From Candidatus Contubernalis alkaliaceticus (GTDB lineage Bacteria; Bacillota; Dethiobacteria; SKNC01): a DNA stretch of 24,000 nucleotides. The position numbers and the translations under genes were made by a program. Positions 15,291-24,000 of this stretch are shown here, piece by piece; position 1 is the first letter of the stretch, and every line of letters begins with the position of its first letter. The stretch lies in NCBI RefSeq assembly GCF_022558445.1, contig NZ_CP054699.1:2154004-2178003 (forward strand). The letters run 5' to 3'. The notes beneath the pieces are model-generated. The model was not told the DNA's origin. It saw only the letters and a program-made list of their open reading frames with translations, and did no database searches.

Positions 15291-15497
15291 TTAATAAATG
15301 TTAAAAATCGTCCTTATGCTGATAAAAAGCTCATTAATCAGCTGTATTACCACCATCAGTACGATCACCACCCCCACCAGGGTAAGCATTTGCGCCTGTT
15401 CTTCCTTATTGGCCTGTTTTAAAACCATATTTAAAACGGATATGAAAATGCCGATTCCAGCGATTTTAAATAGGATGTCTACATTTACGATATCCAT
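15291..15497 (-). CDS. spoIIIAC: Stage III sporulation protein AC
   Basis: 68 aa with two TM helices. IAGIGIFISVLNMVLKQANKEEQAQMLTLVG resembles B. subtilis SpoIIIAC. Confidence 0.9.
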   Translation of the reverse strand: MDIVNVDILFKIAGIGIFISVLNMVLKQANKEEQAQMLTLVGVVIVLMVVIQLINELFISIRTIFNIY

Positions 15498-15513
15498 CTA
15501 CAACTCCCCTTTA

Positions 15514-16035
15514 CTAATAAAGCAGAATGACCAGCATTAATCCACCCATAACGCCCAGGTAACGCCACATTCTTTCGTTTTTGTGCATGGCCTCCAAAGC
15601 ATCTTCTTCAGACTGCTCCAACTGATGAAGAATCAGCTTAATTTGCTTTTCCTGATGCTGTTGATCCGATACTCCTATAAAAGAACTAATAGACAAAAGC
15701 AGGTCTTCATCACTTTTCAACAAAACAGTTTGGTGAAAATATTCCTTCACCACCCTCCGCCAAATAGTGGAAAAGTCATCTTGAGACGGGTCATCTAACA
15801 GTTGTGAACTTTTTAAGAAAAAGCAAGATATGGGCTCATCTATTCTGCTCCCGATTTTTTTAAAAGCAGCAGGGACCGGTGTAGCCGTGTAACTAATCTC
15901 TGAGCTGAGCATATTAAAAGCTGTTTGCAGACACCTTAACTCCCTTATTCGTTCTCGATATTTACCAGCCTTCATAAAACCCAGGATTGTTGCGGCCATC
16001 AATATCATTACTGCTCCAATAAAATTAATTAACAT
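15514..16035 (-). CDS. spoIIIAB: Stage III sporulation protein AB
   Basis: 173 aa. N- and C-terminal TM helices, with RIRELRCLQTAFNMLSSEISYTATP and QQHQEKQIKLILHQLEQSEEDALEAMHKNERM resembling SpoIIIAB. Confidence 0.88.
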   Translation of the reverse strand: MLINFIGAVMILMAATILGFMKAGKYRERIRELRCLQTAFNMLSSEISYTATPVPAAFKKIGSRIDEPISCFFLKSSQLLDDPSQDDFSTIWRRVVKEYFHQTVLLKSDEDLLLSISSFIGVSDQQHQEKQIKLILHQLEQSEEDALEAMHKNERMWRYLGVMGGLMLVILLY

Positions 16036-16053
16036 AATTTCACCATCTCATTA

Positions 16054-17025
16054 CTATAATAAAAGGTTTCGAGACTTTTCCTCATCCCAGATCCTTTCTA
16101 CTGTACCTACTCCTTTGGACATTCCCAAAATAATAACTCTTTGAAAAACTTTGCTTTCAAACAACCTTTTTAGCCCGGGCCTTTCTCTATAATCTTTCAT
16201 GCTACTGCCGTGAGCTGTGGTTATTACAGAAACTCCGGCATTCAGAGCTTCTTCCACGGCTGCAGCATCTTCAATTTTACCAATCTCATCGGTGACCAAA
16301 ACCTGAGGAGACATAGACCGTATTAAAATCATCATTCCCTGAACTTTGGGGCAGCCGTCAATAACATCTGTCCTGATTCCAATATCATTCTGTGGAACCC
16401 CTTCATAGCAGGCAGCAATCTCAGAACGCTCATCAACCAGTCCTACTTTAACTCCAGAAAAACCATAAGAATCAACGCCGCCGCTCAAAAGCCTGACCAA
16501 ATCTCTCAGTAAAGTAGTTTTTCCACACTGAGGTGGAGAAACAATCAAAGTACTGTAAACATAACTATTTTTTCCCAGTAAGTAGTGAACCACTTTCTCC
16601 CCTGCACCGATTACCTCCCGGGATATTCTAATATTGACTCCAGAAATATATTTCTGAAGCTTTATCCTGCCATCTACCATTACCGCTTTACCCACCAGTC
16701 CGATGCGATGTCCCCCGGGAACGGTTAAATACCCGTTTCTTAACTCCTCTTCAAAAGCATAAAGAGAATGATTGCTGATAGTCTGCAGCAGCTGTTGTAA
16801 TTCCTCTTTTTTTAACCTGTAAGCATCCTCTTTTCTTTTTACGGCTTCTCCCCGAATATTCAGCATTACATCTCCCTGGGACCAAACCAACATCAGCGGC
16901 CTTTCTTCCCGCAAGCGGATCTCCTGAACTTTATCCAACAATAAGGGGGAGCATCTTGTAATAATTTTTTTAATAATAGGGGGCAACAAAGGCGTGATTT
17001 GTTTCATAATGATTTTTGTAGACAT
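16054..17025 (-). CDS. spoIIIAA: Stage III sporulation protein AA (secretion-type AAA+ ATPase)
   Basis: 323 aa. Walker A SPPQCGKTTLLRDL and Walker B-like QVLVTDEIG. First gene of the eight-gene block. Confidence 0.92.
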   Translation of the reverse strand: MSTKIIMKQITPLLPPIIKKIITRCSPLLLDKVQEIRLREERPLMLVWSQGDVMLNIRGEAVKRKEDAYRLKKEELQQLLQTISNHSLYAFEEELRNGYLTVPGGHRIGLVGKAVMVDGRIKLQKYISGVNIRISREVIGAGEKVVHYLLGKNSYVYSTLIVSPPQCGKTTLLRDLVRLLSGGVDSYGFSGVKVGLVDERSEIAACYEGVPQNDIGIRTDVIDGCPKVQGMMILIRSMSPQVLVTDEIGKIEDAAAVEEALNAGVSVITTAHGSSMKDYRERPGLKRLFESKVFQRVIILGMSKGVGTVERIWDEEKSRNLLL

Positions 17026-17085
17026 GTCATGCTCCCTTCACTAAATAATTATTTAAACCAGGAGAACATTATGCTTTATAAATGA

Positions 17086-17112
17086 AATATATGGTAGAAA
17101 AGTTCATTTATG
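17086..17112 (-). promoter_or_regulatory. Candidate sigma-E-type promoter for spoIIIA
   Basis: Minus strand: CATAAAT (17112-17106), 12-nt spacer, CATATATT (17093-17086), about 60 nt upstream of the spoIIIAA ATG. It resembles the mother-cell sigma-E consensus (ATATT ... CATACA-T), but the spacing is a little short. Confidence 0.3.
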
Positions 17113-17123
17113 CGTGTTAAACC

Positions 17124-17151
17124 AAAAAACTACCGGCAAAATTGCCGGTAG
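17124..17151 (-). terminator. Rho-independent terminator after the acidic zinc-ribbon gene
   Basis: CTACCGGCA (17130-17138) pairs with TGCCGGTAG (17143-17151), a 9-bp stem with a 4-nt loop. On the minus strand it is followed by TTTTTT (complement of 17124-17129). Confidence 0.75.
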
Positions 17152-17204
17152 TTTTAAAAAATTAAAAATAAGTATTTTCTATTGTTTATAGTTTTACTTA
17201 AATA

Positions 17205-17633
17205 TTACTCCTGAACTTCCACTTCGTCATCCAAATCTTCTTCCTCCCACAACTCCCCTTGAACAAACACAACTCTGTGACAGTTAGGACAGAGCACTTC
17301 TATATCAGCTTCATCCAAGGTATCACCATCGATGTATACAATTTCATTGCAATCAGGACACTCCAAAGAAAATTCTTCTAAGTCGTCCTCTTCCTCGTCA
17401 TCAAATGGCTCCTCGTAAACGTCGTCTTCTAAATCTGTTAAATCTTGATCAATAGCTTCAACATATTCAAACATTTCATCATAGTCAGCTTGAAGATTAT
17501 CTACCACATCAGTAATCCCTTCCAAAAGAAAGATAATCTGTGAAAACAGTTTTCCCTCCTTTGAATTACTATCCAAATCCAGTCCCTCAGAAAGCCCCTT
17601 TAAGTAAGCTAATTTTCCTCGTAAGTCTTCCAT
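17205..17633 (-). CDS. Highly acidic hypothetical protein with a C-terminal CxxC...CxxC zinc ribbon
   Basis: 142 aa. Long D/E runs (DDEEEDDLEE, EEEDLDDEVEVQE), CPDCNEIVYIDGD...VLCPNCHRVV, and a GGAGG SD. Sits between efp and spoIIIAA. Confidence 0.6.
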   Translation of the reverse strand: MEDLRGKLAYLKGLSEGLDLDSNSKEGKLFSQIIFLLEGITDVVDNLQADYDEMFEYVEAIDQDLTDLEDDVYEEPFDDEEEDDLEEFSLECPDCNEIVYIDGDTLDEADIEVLCPNCHRVVFVQGELWEEEDLDDEVEVQE

Positions 17634-17673
17634 AATAAACCTCCTTTAGTATCATGCAATTTTTATTATAACA

Positions 17674-18231
17674 CTATACTCTTTCCATATACTCACCGTT
17701 TTTAGTATTTACCTTAAGCACATCCCCTATGTTAATAAAAAAGGGAACTTGAACAATAAGACCGGTTTCCAATGTTGCCGGTTTAGAACCCCCGGAGGCA
17801 GTGTCTCCCTTGTAACCAGGATCTGTTTCAGTAACTGTTAATTCCACAAAATTTGGCACTTCTACCCCCATAATTAGGCCCTGATACATCATGAAATCTG
17901 CTTCCATATTTTCTTTTAAATAGTATGCGGTGTCTCCCAACTTCTCTGAATCTACAGTCAACTGCTCGTAGGATTCCAGGTCCATAAATATAAAATCTTC
18001 TCCGGTGTTATATAGATACTGCATTGTTTTACGTTCTATATGTGCTTTAGATACCTTTTCACCGGCTCGAAATGTTTTTTCAGTAACAGCTCCTGTTTGT
18101 AAATTTTTTAATTTGGTACGGACGAAAGCAGCTCCCTTCCCCGGTTTTACATGCTGGAATTCAACCACTGTATATACCTGTCCTTCCAACTCAATGGTCA
18201 AACCTGTACGAAAATCGTTGGTAGATATCAT
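17674..18231 (-). CDS. efp: Translation elongation factor P
   Basis: [43 protein letters not shown] is the canonical EF-P N-terminus with the modified-Lys loop PGKG. The ORF track starts 2 codons earlier (18237), but GGAGGG is 7 nt from the ATG at 18231. Confidence 0.95.
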   Translation of the reverse strand: MISTNDFRTGLTIELEGQVYTVVEFQHVKPGKGAAFVRTKLKNLQTGAVTEKTFRAGEKVSKAHIERKTMQYLYNTGEDFIFMDLESYEQLTVDSEKLGDTAYYLKENMEADFMMYQGLIMGVEVPNFVELTVTETDPGYKGDTASGGSKPATLETGLIVQVPFFINIGDVLKVNTKNGEYMERV

Positions 18232-18254
18232 ATACATTCCCTCCTACAAAAAAA

Positions 18255-19337
18255 CTATAATATCAACAGCTCTTCCTTATGCTTTTGAGTAAGCATTTCT
18301 AAACCCTCATCAGTGATTAAAACCATATCTTCGATTCTGACACCCCCAAAGCCCGGCAGATAAACTCCAGGCTCAACGGTTACCACAGCATTAGGCTTTA
18401 GAATAGTTTTTATACCAGGAGCCAGCCTGGGTTCCTCATGGACTTCCAATCCTAGGCCATGCCCCAAACCGTGACCAAAATTACTGCCCAACCCTCTGCC
18501 AGCAATCAACTTCCTGGCAAAATCATCAGCTGTTTCCCCAGTTATACCGGGACCAATGTGTTTAAGAGCTTCCAATTGGGCCTTGAGCACAAGCTGATAA
18601 AGATCCTTTTCCCGTTCACCAACAAAACCAACTGCTACTGTTCGGGTCATATCAGAACAATAGCCCTGGTACTTTATACCAAAATCAAGAGTTAGCAAGT
18701 CACCTGGTTCTATTATCTTAGAGGAAGCAGTACCATGAGGCATGGATGACCTTTTCCCCGATGCTGCAATAAAGTCAAAAGCCGTTTTCTCCCCTCCTTC
18801 TTTCTTCAATAAATACTCCAACTCTATGGATATTTCCCTTTCTTTCCTACCTGCCTTAATAAAGGGTAAAATCTTTTCAAAACTTTCTTCCGTGATTTGT
18901 GCAGCTTTGCGGATTAAAGATATTTCCAGGGGATCCTTAATTACCCTTAATTCCTCCACAGTTCGATATAAAGGTATCAAATTAACGTCCGAGAGACTTC
19001 CCTTCAATAACTCCAATCCGTAAACAGTCAAATAGTTCTGTTCAAAAGCAATATTTTTAAAAGAATAATCTTTACACAATTTCTCCAATGATGATCGTGT
19101 AGGCCCACTGGTTATTAATGTAAACAGCGGTGCTTCTTCTTGAGCCTGCTGCGCATAACGAAAATCAGTTATTAAAAAAGCTTCCTTGAGGCCAATCAAA
19201 AGGGTTACAGTGCTTCCGGAAAAACCGCTTAGATATCTACAATTAACAGGGTTGGCAATGATAAAAGCTTCCAGATTTTTCCCCATCAGCTTTTCCCTAA
19301 GTTTACTCAATCTCTTTATAAAATAATCTTCATTCAT
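18255..19337 (-). CDS. pepP: Xaa-Pro aminopeptidase (M24B family)
   Basis: 360 aa. Creatinase-like N-domain plus M24 metal ligands ([46 protein letters not shown]). Located aroQ-pepP-efp as in B. subtilis yqhS-yqhT-efp. Confidence 0.9.
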   Translation of the reverse strand: MNEDYFIKRLSKLREKLMGKNLEAFIIANPVNCRYLSGFSGSTVTLLIGLKEAFLITDFRYAQQAQEEAPLFTLITSGPTRSSLEKLCKDYSFKNIAFEQNYLTVYGLELLKGSLSDVNLIPLYRTVEELRVIKDPLEISLIRKAAQITEESFEKILPFIKAGRKEREISIELEYLLKKEGGEKTAFDFIAASGKRSSMPHGTASSKIIEPGDLLTLDFGIKYQGYCSDMTRTVAVGFVGEREKDLYQLVLKAQLEALKHIGPGITGETADDFARKLIAGRGLGSNFGHGLGHGLGLEVHEEPRLAPGIKTILKPNAVVTVEPGVYLPGFGGVRIEDMVLITDEGLEMLTQKHKEELLIL

Positions 19338-19782
19338 TTACTGATTTCCTTTTGCAAAGAATCGCTATAAGAGCTTCCAATGCCAATAAATAGCTAAGAG
19401 AGCCAAATCCAGAAATTTGTCCCTTACAGACAGGAGCAGTCACAGAGTTATGGCGGAATTCTTCTCTTGCATAAATGTTTGAAAGATGCACTTCTACGAT
19501 AGGCACAGTAAGTACTGATAAAGCATCCCTGATGGCTATGCTGTAATGAGTATATGCTGCAGGATTGATAATAACCCCAGAAACCTCTACTCCGTATTCC
19601 TGGAGATAATCAACAATCTTACCCTCATGGTTGGATTGTTTAATGATTAATTCTATCCCGTGTTTTGCAGCCTGTTCATTCAACCAGAAATTAATATCTT
19701 CAAGGGTTGATGCTCCATAAATTTCCGGCTCCCTGTTACCTAACATATTCAAATTTGGACCGTGAATGACCAATACCTGCAT
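19330..19782 (-). CDS. aroQ: Type II 3-dehydroquinate dehydratase
   Basis: [58 protein letters not shown]. The ORF track starts at a GTG (19791), but the SD GAGGGG is 8 nt before the ATG at 19782. It overlaps the pepP start by 8 nt. Confidence 0.92.
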   Translation of the reverse strand: MQVLVIHGPNLNMLGNREPEIYGASTLEDINFWLNEQAAKHGIELIIKQSNHEGKIVDYLQEYGVEVSGVIINPAAYTHYSIAIRDALSVLTVPIVEVHLSNIYAREEFRHNSVTAPVCKGQISGFGSLSYLLALEALIAILCKRKSVNE

Positions 19783-19858
19783 TCCTAACACCCCTCATAC
19801 CCTTCACTATGCAGTATTTCTTTTTAATCAAATGAACTAACCCTAAAAGGGCAGTTTA

Positions 19859-20803
19859 TCATTTGATTTTATTCAATCCGGATATAAGCTGATTAAAGAT
19901 TTCCGGTACCGAAAGAATCTCCTTGATTTTAAATACGTTTTCTCCGGAAAAAATCAATCCCTTTTTAGTATCACCTTTTTCTGCTCTTCCCAGAGCATCC
20001 ATTATACAAAACTCCTGGCTGCACACCTTAAGGCACCCATCACAACTATCAATCTCAACCTCTTCTTTCAAAAGCTGCTCAGTTAATGGGTTTCTTATAG
20101 CCCTGCCCGGAAAACCCACCGGACTTTTTACCAGGACTACGTCCTCCTTATTAGCCTGAAGATAGTGATTTTTAAAATTATTGTGTACTGTACATTCTTT
20201 ACTTAATACAAACCGTGTAGCCATTTGAACTCCATCAGCCCCAAGCTTTAAAACCTCCGCAATGCCTTTAGCATCTACGATACCCCCAGCGGCAACCACC
20301 GGTATTTTAACAACACTGCGAACCTCTTGCAAAATCTCCTTTAAGGGACGATCTGTCCCCAGGTGTCCGCCCGCTTCCTTACCCTCTACTACTACTGCCG
20401 CTGCGCCCATTTTTTCAGATATCTTGGCAAGCTTAGCAGAAGATACAATAGGAATAATGGGAACATCAGCTTCTTTCCCCCAGCTGAACATATCCCGAGA
20501 AAACCCAGCTCCTGAGACGATAAAATCAATTTTTTCATGAATTGCCGCTCTTACTAGTTCGGCAAAATTACTGACGGCAAAAAGCACATTTACCCCCAGT
20601 ATTCCTGATGTAAGACTCCTGGCTTTTTTTATTTCAACTGCTAATTCCCCAGGCTGCATGCCAGATCCAGCGATGGTACCAACACCCCCACAATTAGCCA
20701 CAGCAGCAGCCAGTGGAGCCAGAGAAACCCTAACAGCCATGCCCCCTTGAAATATTGGCAGCTTAACAATTTTTTCACCTAGTCTCAAAGGCGCTAGTTT
20801 CAA
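19859..20803 (-). CDS. FMN-dependent NAD(P)H oxidoreductase of the nitronate monooxygenase / FabK (enoyl-ACP reductase II) family
   Basis: 314 aa. PIFQGGMA, VVEGKEAGGHLG, PVVAAGGI.D..G....L.LGADGVQMATRF match the NMO/FabK TIM-barrel pattern. There is an extra C-terminal CDGCLKVCSQEFC cluster. Confidence 0.75.
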   Translation of the reverse strand: MKLAPLRLGEKIVKLPIFQGGMAVRVSLAPLAAAVANCGGVGTIAGSGMQPGELAVEIKKARSLTSGILGVNVLFAVSNFAELVRAAIHEKIDFIVSGAGFSRDMFSWGKEADVPIIPIVSSAKLAKISEKMGAAAVVVEGKEAGGHLGTDRPLKEILQEVRSVVKIPVVAAGGIVDAKGIAEVLKLGADGVQMATRFVLSKECTVHNNFKNHYLQANKEDVVLVKSPVGFPGRAIRNPLTEQLLKEEVEIDSCDGCLKVCSQEFCIMDALGRAEKGDTKKGLIFSGENVFKIKEILSVPEIFNQLISGLNKIK

Positions 20804-20954
20804 AAGGCCTTCCCCCTCTATGTATAGTAATCTAGTATAAATATGAACTTATCTCATTTTATAGGATTTATGTTTTAATGTCTACCTTAAATAAACCACT
20901 TATTAGAAATGTTAGCAACTTTTAAGTAACCTTAGTATTTTTCCCCTAACAACC

Positions 20955-21470
20955 CTATTTTCCCTCTAATTCTTTAACTATTTTAAAAATTCTTTTCGCC
21001 ACTTCCTCCGGACTTTTACCATCAGTCTCAATAGAATGGGAAACTTCATTATAAATTGATTGTCTTTCTGATAGAATCATTCGAATTTTATTTAATGGAT
21101 CCTTACCCTCCAAAAGCGGTCTGCCTCCAGCCCCACCTACCCTCCGATAAATTTCTTCAGGGGAGGCAGAAAGACAGAATAAGAGCCCACCGTCCTTCAA
21201 TAGTTTCCTGTTTTCCTGCTTTAACAAGGAACCTCCTCCGGTAGATATGACCTGTCCCTCTCTCTTTAGAACTCTTTTAATCGCCTGAGTCTCCAACTTA
21301 CGAAAATAATCTTCCCCTTTTTCTTTAAAAATATTAGAAATACTTTTCATCTCCATCTCTTCTACCACTGCATCAATATCTATAAAGGGACATTTCAAAT
21401 ACTGAGACAGTTTAATTCCAGTTACCGTCTTTCCTGTTCCCATAAAACCTGAAATTATAATATTTCTCAT
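20955..21470 (-). CDS. aroK: Shikimate kinase
   Basis: 171 aa. Walker A GFMGTGKTVTG, D.D....E, FR..E, ISTGGG. SD AAGGGGGG upstream. Confidence 0.9.
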   Translation of the reverse strand: MRNIIISGFMGTGKTVTGIKLSQYLKCPFIDIDAVVEEMEMKSISNIFKEKGEDYFRKLETQAIKRVLKREGQVISTGGGSLLKQENRKLLKDGGLLFCLSASPEEIYRRVGGAGGRPLLEGKDPLNKIRMILSERQSIYNEVSHSIETDGKSPEEVAKRIFKIVKELEGK

Positions 21471-21599
21471 AACAAAAATGCCCCCCTTAAAGAAGCCTGT
21501 CAGCTTAAATATTTGCTTATTAACCTCTGTTATCAGCCAAAAACCTGATAAAGTTATTTTACACCAAGTGAACTGGTTTCAGCAAGCTGAAACATGGAA

Positions 21600-21629
21600 A
21601 ATCAGGTGGAGTAGAGTCTCCACCTGATT
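21600..21629 (-). terminator. Perfect 12-bp hairpin downstream of the pilin genes (probable terminator)
   Basis: AATCAGGTGGAG (21600-21611) pairs with CTCCACCTGATT (21618-21629) with a 6-nt loop. On the minus strand it runs into TTTTCC, so the U-tract is short. A second 7-bp hairpin (21576-21593) follows. Confidence 0.45.
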
Positions 21630-21734
21630 AGAAGCCCCACCCTAAGCTAACGCATAGAGGTAGGAGTCTTATACCTTAAAAAAAAGAGATAAAGGAAAAA
21701 ACAGAACGAGTAAACCCCGAAGACGCATCCAGGC

Positions 21735-22214
21735 CTAGGGAGGGTTTTTGCTAATTCTAACCCTTCCGGTAACGGGTGTAATAATAACGTACAACTTGTC
21801 CCCCCGGCGGTTTTCCAGGCCCACATGTCCTCCCTGGTTAGGTGTTCCCAAGCTATTAAAAGTTAAGGTTTCCCTTCCTCCGGACTTTGGAAAATTAATA
21901 GCACAAATACTTATCCCCTGAGGGATATCTATCCATTCCTTCACCAAAGACAGTTCAACCATATATAAGTTTGAAAATCTGTGAAATACCAGACGGGTAA
22001 ACTGGTTAGTGGTGATGGCATGACTTTGGGCTAGACGCATATTAGCTGCCATTTTACCGGCAGTGGTATCTAAAGAATGGTAATCTAGGACCATATCTAA
22101 GACAGGAATAACCACTGCCGTCAGGATTCCTAAAATCGTTAGAACCAACAATACTTCAATCAGAGAAAACCCTTTCTGTTGGTTATTAAACAACCTTTCA
22201 AGCGGAGAAAACAT
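21735..22214 (-). CDS. Prepilin-type minor pilin, GspH/FimT-like
   Basis: 159 aa. Class III signal QQKG|FSLIEVLLVLTILGILTAVVIP, then the MAANMRLAQSHAITTNQ segment typical of FimT/GspH. Confidence 0.75.
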   Translation of the reverse strand: MFSPLERLFNNQQKGFSLIEVLLVLTILGILTAVVIPVLDMVLDYHSLDTTAGKMAANMRLAQSHAITTNQFTRLVFHRFSNLYMVELSLVKEWIDIPQGISICAINFPKSGGRETLTFNSLGTPNQGGHVGLENRRGDKLYVIITPVTGRVRISKNPP

Positions 22215-22266
22215 ATGTCCTTATCCTTCCCTAAAAAAAATTGAATCTTTCATGAACACATTAACT

Positions 22267-22680
22267 TTAAAAACTTAAATCAAGATTATCTAGATTTAAA
22301 TCGACTTCTGAACCATTCTTGGTAAAATCTATGGGGATTACAACTGTAAGCGTTTCTTTTGCTTTCCCTACGTATCCGCTGGAAACGATAACTCTTCCAC
22401 TGCCCTCTATTTCCCCCAGTACAATTTCTATGAAACCGTCTTCCAAGAAGATCAATTCCAGATTTCCCGAAGGGAAAGAAGGGTCTTTATATAACAAGGC
22501 ATATGCCAATTCAACCCCTGCTTCAGCAGCATAATACGCCATGGTATTTTCTTGATGGTTAGAAGCGATGGTAAACTCAATGAGGGCACAATGTAAAAAA
22601 ACACCTCCCAAAAGCAGTAATACGGATACCGAAATCATTACTACCACTAGAACAGCGCCCCGCCTATTTGTTATAACCAC
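22267..22680 (-). CDS. PilX-like minor pilin / pilus assembly protein
   Basis: 137 aa. N-terminus RRGAVLVVVMISVSVLLLLGG...ASNHQENTMAYYAAEAGVELA fits the PilX N-terminal pattern (no Glu5). Confidence 0.6.
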   Translation of the reverse strand: MVITNRRGAVLVVVMISVSVLLLLGGVFLHCALIEFTIASNHQENTMAYYAAEAGVELAYALLYKDPSFPSGNLELIFLEDGFIEIVLGEIEGSGRVIVSSGYVGKAKETLTVVIPIDFTKNGSEVDLNLDNLDLSF

Positions 22681-22686
22681 ACCCTC

Positions 22687-23145
22687 CTACCCCCCGACAT
22701 TTCTGGGTTTTACTGCTGAAGACAACGAGTATTCCTGTCCCTCTTTTTCTACGGTAACACGATAATGAATTACGCCGTCCTCCCCTTGGAAAATATCCAG
22801 GCTCTTTACATAACTTGCAACCTTGGTTACCCCTGGTCCAATCAATAATTCCAAATCCCGGTTCCTTACCCGAAAAAAGTATAACCTGGAATCTCCTGGA
22901 AGATTAAAATGTATCTGGTTTCCCTGGGAATACACAAGGTAATCCTCTGCCTTTATTAATTCTTTATCCATTCGTGCTATGGCTGCCCGGCCATTCTGCT
23001 GTAGATCCCAGCGGTGAGAACCTCGGGAGTAGGAATTTACCCCCATGTAATAAAACCCATAGGCAGAGACCAGCACCATACCTAAAAGCCCTATACAGAT
23101 AATTAATTCTAATAGAATAAAACCATTCTGCCTGTGTAGACGCAT
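22687..23145 (-). CDS. Prepilin-type minor pilin, PilW-like
   Basis: 152 aa. QNG|FILLELIICIGLLGMV followed by LQQNGRAAIARMDKELIKA. Confidence 0.7.
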   Translation of the reverse strand: MRLHRQNGFILLELIICIGLLGMVLVSAYGFYYMGVNSYSRGSHRWDLQQNGRAAIARMDKELIKAEDYLVYSQGNQIHFNLPGDSRLYFFRVRNRDLELLIGPGVTKVASYVKSLDIFQGEDGVIHYRVTVEKEGQEYSLSSAVKPRNVGG

Positions 23146-23149
23146 CCCA

Positions 23150-23578
23150 TTACCTACCAGACAGGAAGGAAGTAAGCACTACTTCCTGATCAGTTCTATC
23201 AAAATAATTAACGTATACAGTTATTTCCAATACTTCAACAGATTCGGTGCTAAACCCATTCTGCACTTCCCTAAAAACATGCTGAACTTCATAGAAACAG
23301 TTGTAACCTTCTTCTACCCAACTTTCTCTCTTGGGATACAGAGAATGTTGACCCTCTATAGTCTCCACCAACTTATCAAAACCTTGAGCCTTTATTAATT
23401 CCATACCCTCTCGAGAATAGGACACTGCTATTGTCTTCATACCGGCAGACTGAGTAATAAGGAAACCCTGCAAAAAAAGCGACAAAAAGGGCCCTGACAC
23501 AACAGCCAATACGGCTACAGATAAAAGAACTTCGATCAGGGTAAATCCCCGGTTTTTATTTTTTAGCCTCACCATCAA
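23150..23578 (-). CDS. Prepilin-type minor pilin, PilV-like
   Basis: 142 aa. NRG|FTLIEVLLSVAVLAVVSG followed by IAVSYSREGMELIKAQGF. Confidence 0.7.
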   Translation of the reverse strand: MMVRLKNKNRGFTLIEVLLSVAVLAVVSGPFLSLFLQGFLITQSAGMKTIAVSYSREGMELIKAQGFDKLVETIEGQHSLYPKRESWVEEGYNCFYEVQHVFREVQNGFSTESVEVLEITVYVNYFDRTDQEVVLTSFLSGR

Positions 23579-23679
23579 AGTTTATCTTCCTTTCTATGTT
23601 TAAAACCTTTACCTTCTCCCTCTACTGCTCATAATCTGGAAAATGATCCTAAAAAATCCAGACACCAAAGCCAGTGATA

Positions 23680-24000
23680 TTAAAAACGCAGCGTCCCCTT
23701 CACCCTGAGGTTACAATATAACATTGGGGTTCCTTTTTGAAAACTAAGTTTTTCTACCATCAATCCCGGAAAATTTGCTTCAATATTATTGATATAACTC
23801 AATAAATCCTCTTGGGTACCTTCAAAAGTTATATCCAGTATCATGAAACCGTAACTAGACTCTTGGGGGAACACAACACCCCCAAGTTCTATCTCCTGGT
23901 GTTTAAAATTTAAAAATAATAATGCTTCCTCCATCATTGTAAATACTTCCTCCAGCTGACTGCCACAAAAGGTAAGGTACTCCAGTTCGTTGAAAGACTC
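23680..24000 (-). CDS. C-terminal part of a pilus-assembly-associated protein (possibly PilO-like); 5' end outside the window
   Basis: The reading frame stays open from 23937 to the window edge (ESFNELEYLTFCGSQLEEVFTMM...), so the 85-aa ORF in the track is a truncation. The function is inferred only from its position directly upstream of the minor pilins. Confidence 0.35.
   Translation of the reverse strand, partial: ESFNELEYLTFCGSQLEEVFTMMEEALLFLNFKHQEIELGGVVFPQESSYGFMILDITFEGTQEDLLSYINNIEANFPGLMVEKLSFQKGTPMLYCNLRVKGTLRF

Noticed and set aside
21630-21734. Possible regulatory RNA upstream of aroK
   Set aside because: Only T-rich sequence and weak stems are present, with no motif I can match to a known class. 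It is left as part of the spacer finding.

Overview
All credible genes are on the minus strand. The window looks like a conserved housekeeping and sporulation block from an anaerobic, endospore-forming Firmicute (Clostridia-like, A+T-rich). In transcription order (right to left) it contains: a PilO-like gene fragment and four prepilin-type minor pilins; aroK; an NMO/FabK-family flavoenzyme; aroQ; Xaa-Pro aminopeptidase; efp; an acidic zinc-ribbon protein; the complete spoIIIAA-AH operon; asp23-amaP-DUF2273; nusB; a TsaD/Kae1-like protein; folD; fchA; a second divergent folD; ispA; a ~600-nt non-coding, G+C-enriched segment with its own sigma-A promoter; a small 4-TM membrane protein; dxs; tlyA; nadK; and the first codons of recN. 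The main finding is that non-coding segment (about 4285-4892, minus strand). Its size, composition, promoter and ispA-[RNA]-membrane protein-dxs context match the OLE (ornate, large, extremophilic) RNA / OapA ribonucleoprotein locus. The second is a palindromic repeat family built on a RYAGTTGG octamer, present three times. One copy is expanded into two opposed octamer arrays that fill an abnormally long spoIIIAD-spoIIIAE spacer. Another lies in frame in the 5' end of the spoIIIAE ORF. Plus-strand ORFs in the track are antisense shadows of the minus-strand genes. No similarity search, RNA folding or covariance-model search could be run, so all calls rest on motifs recognised by eye.
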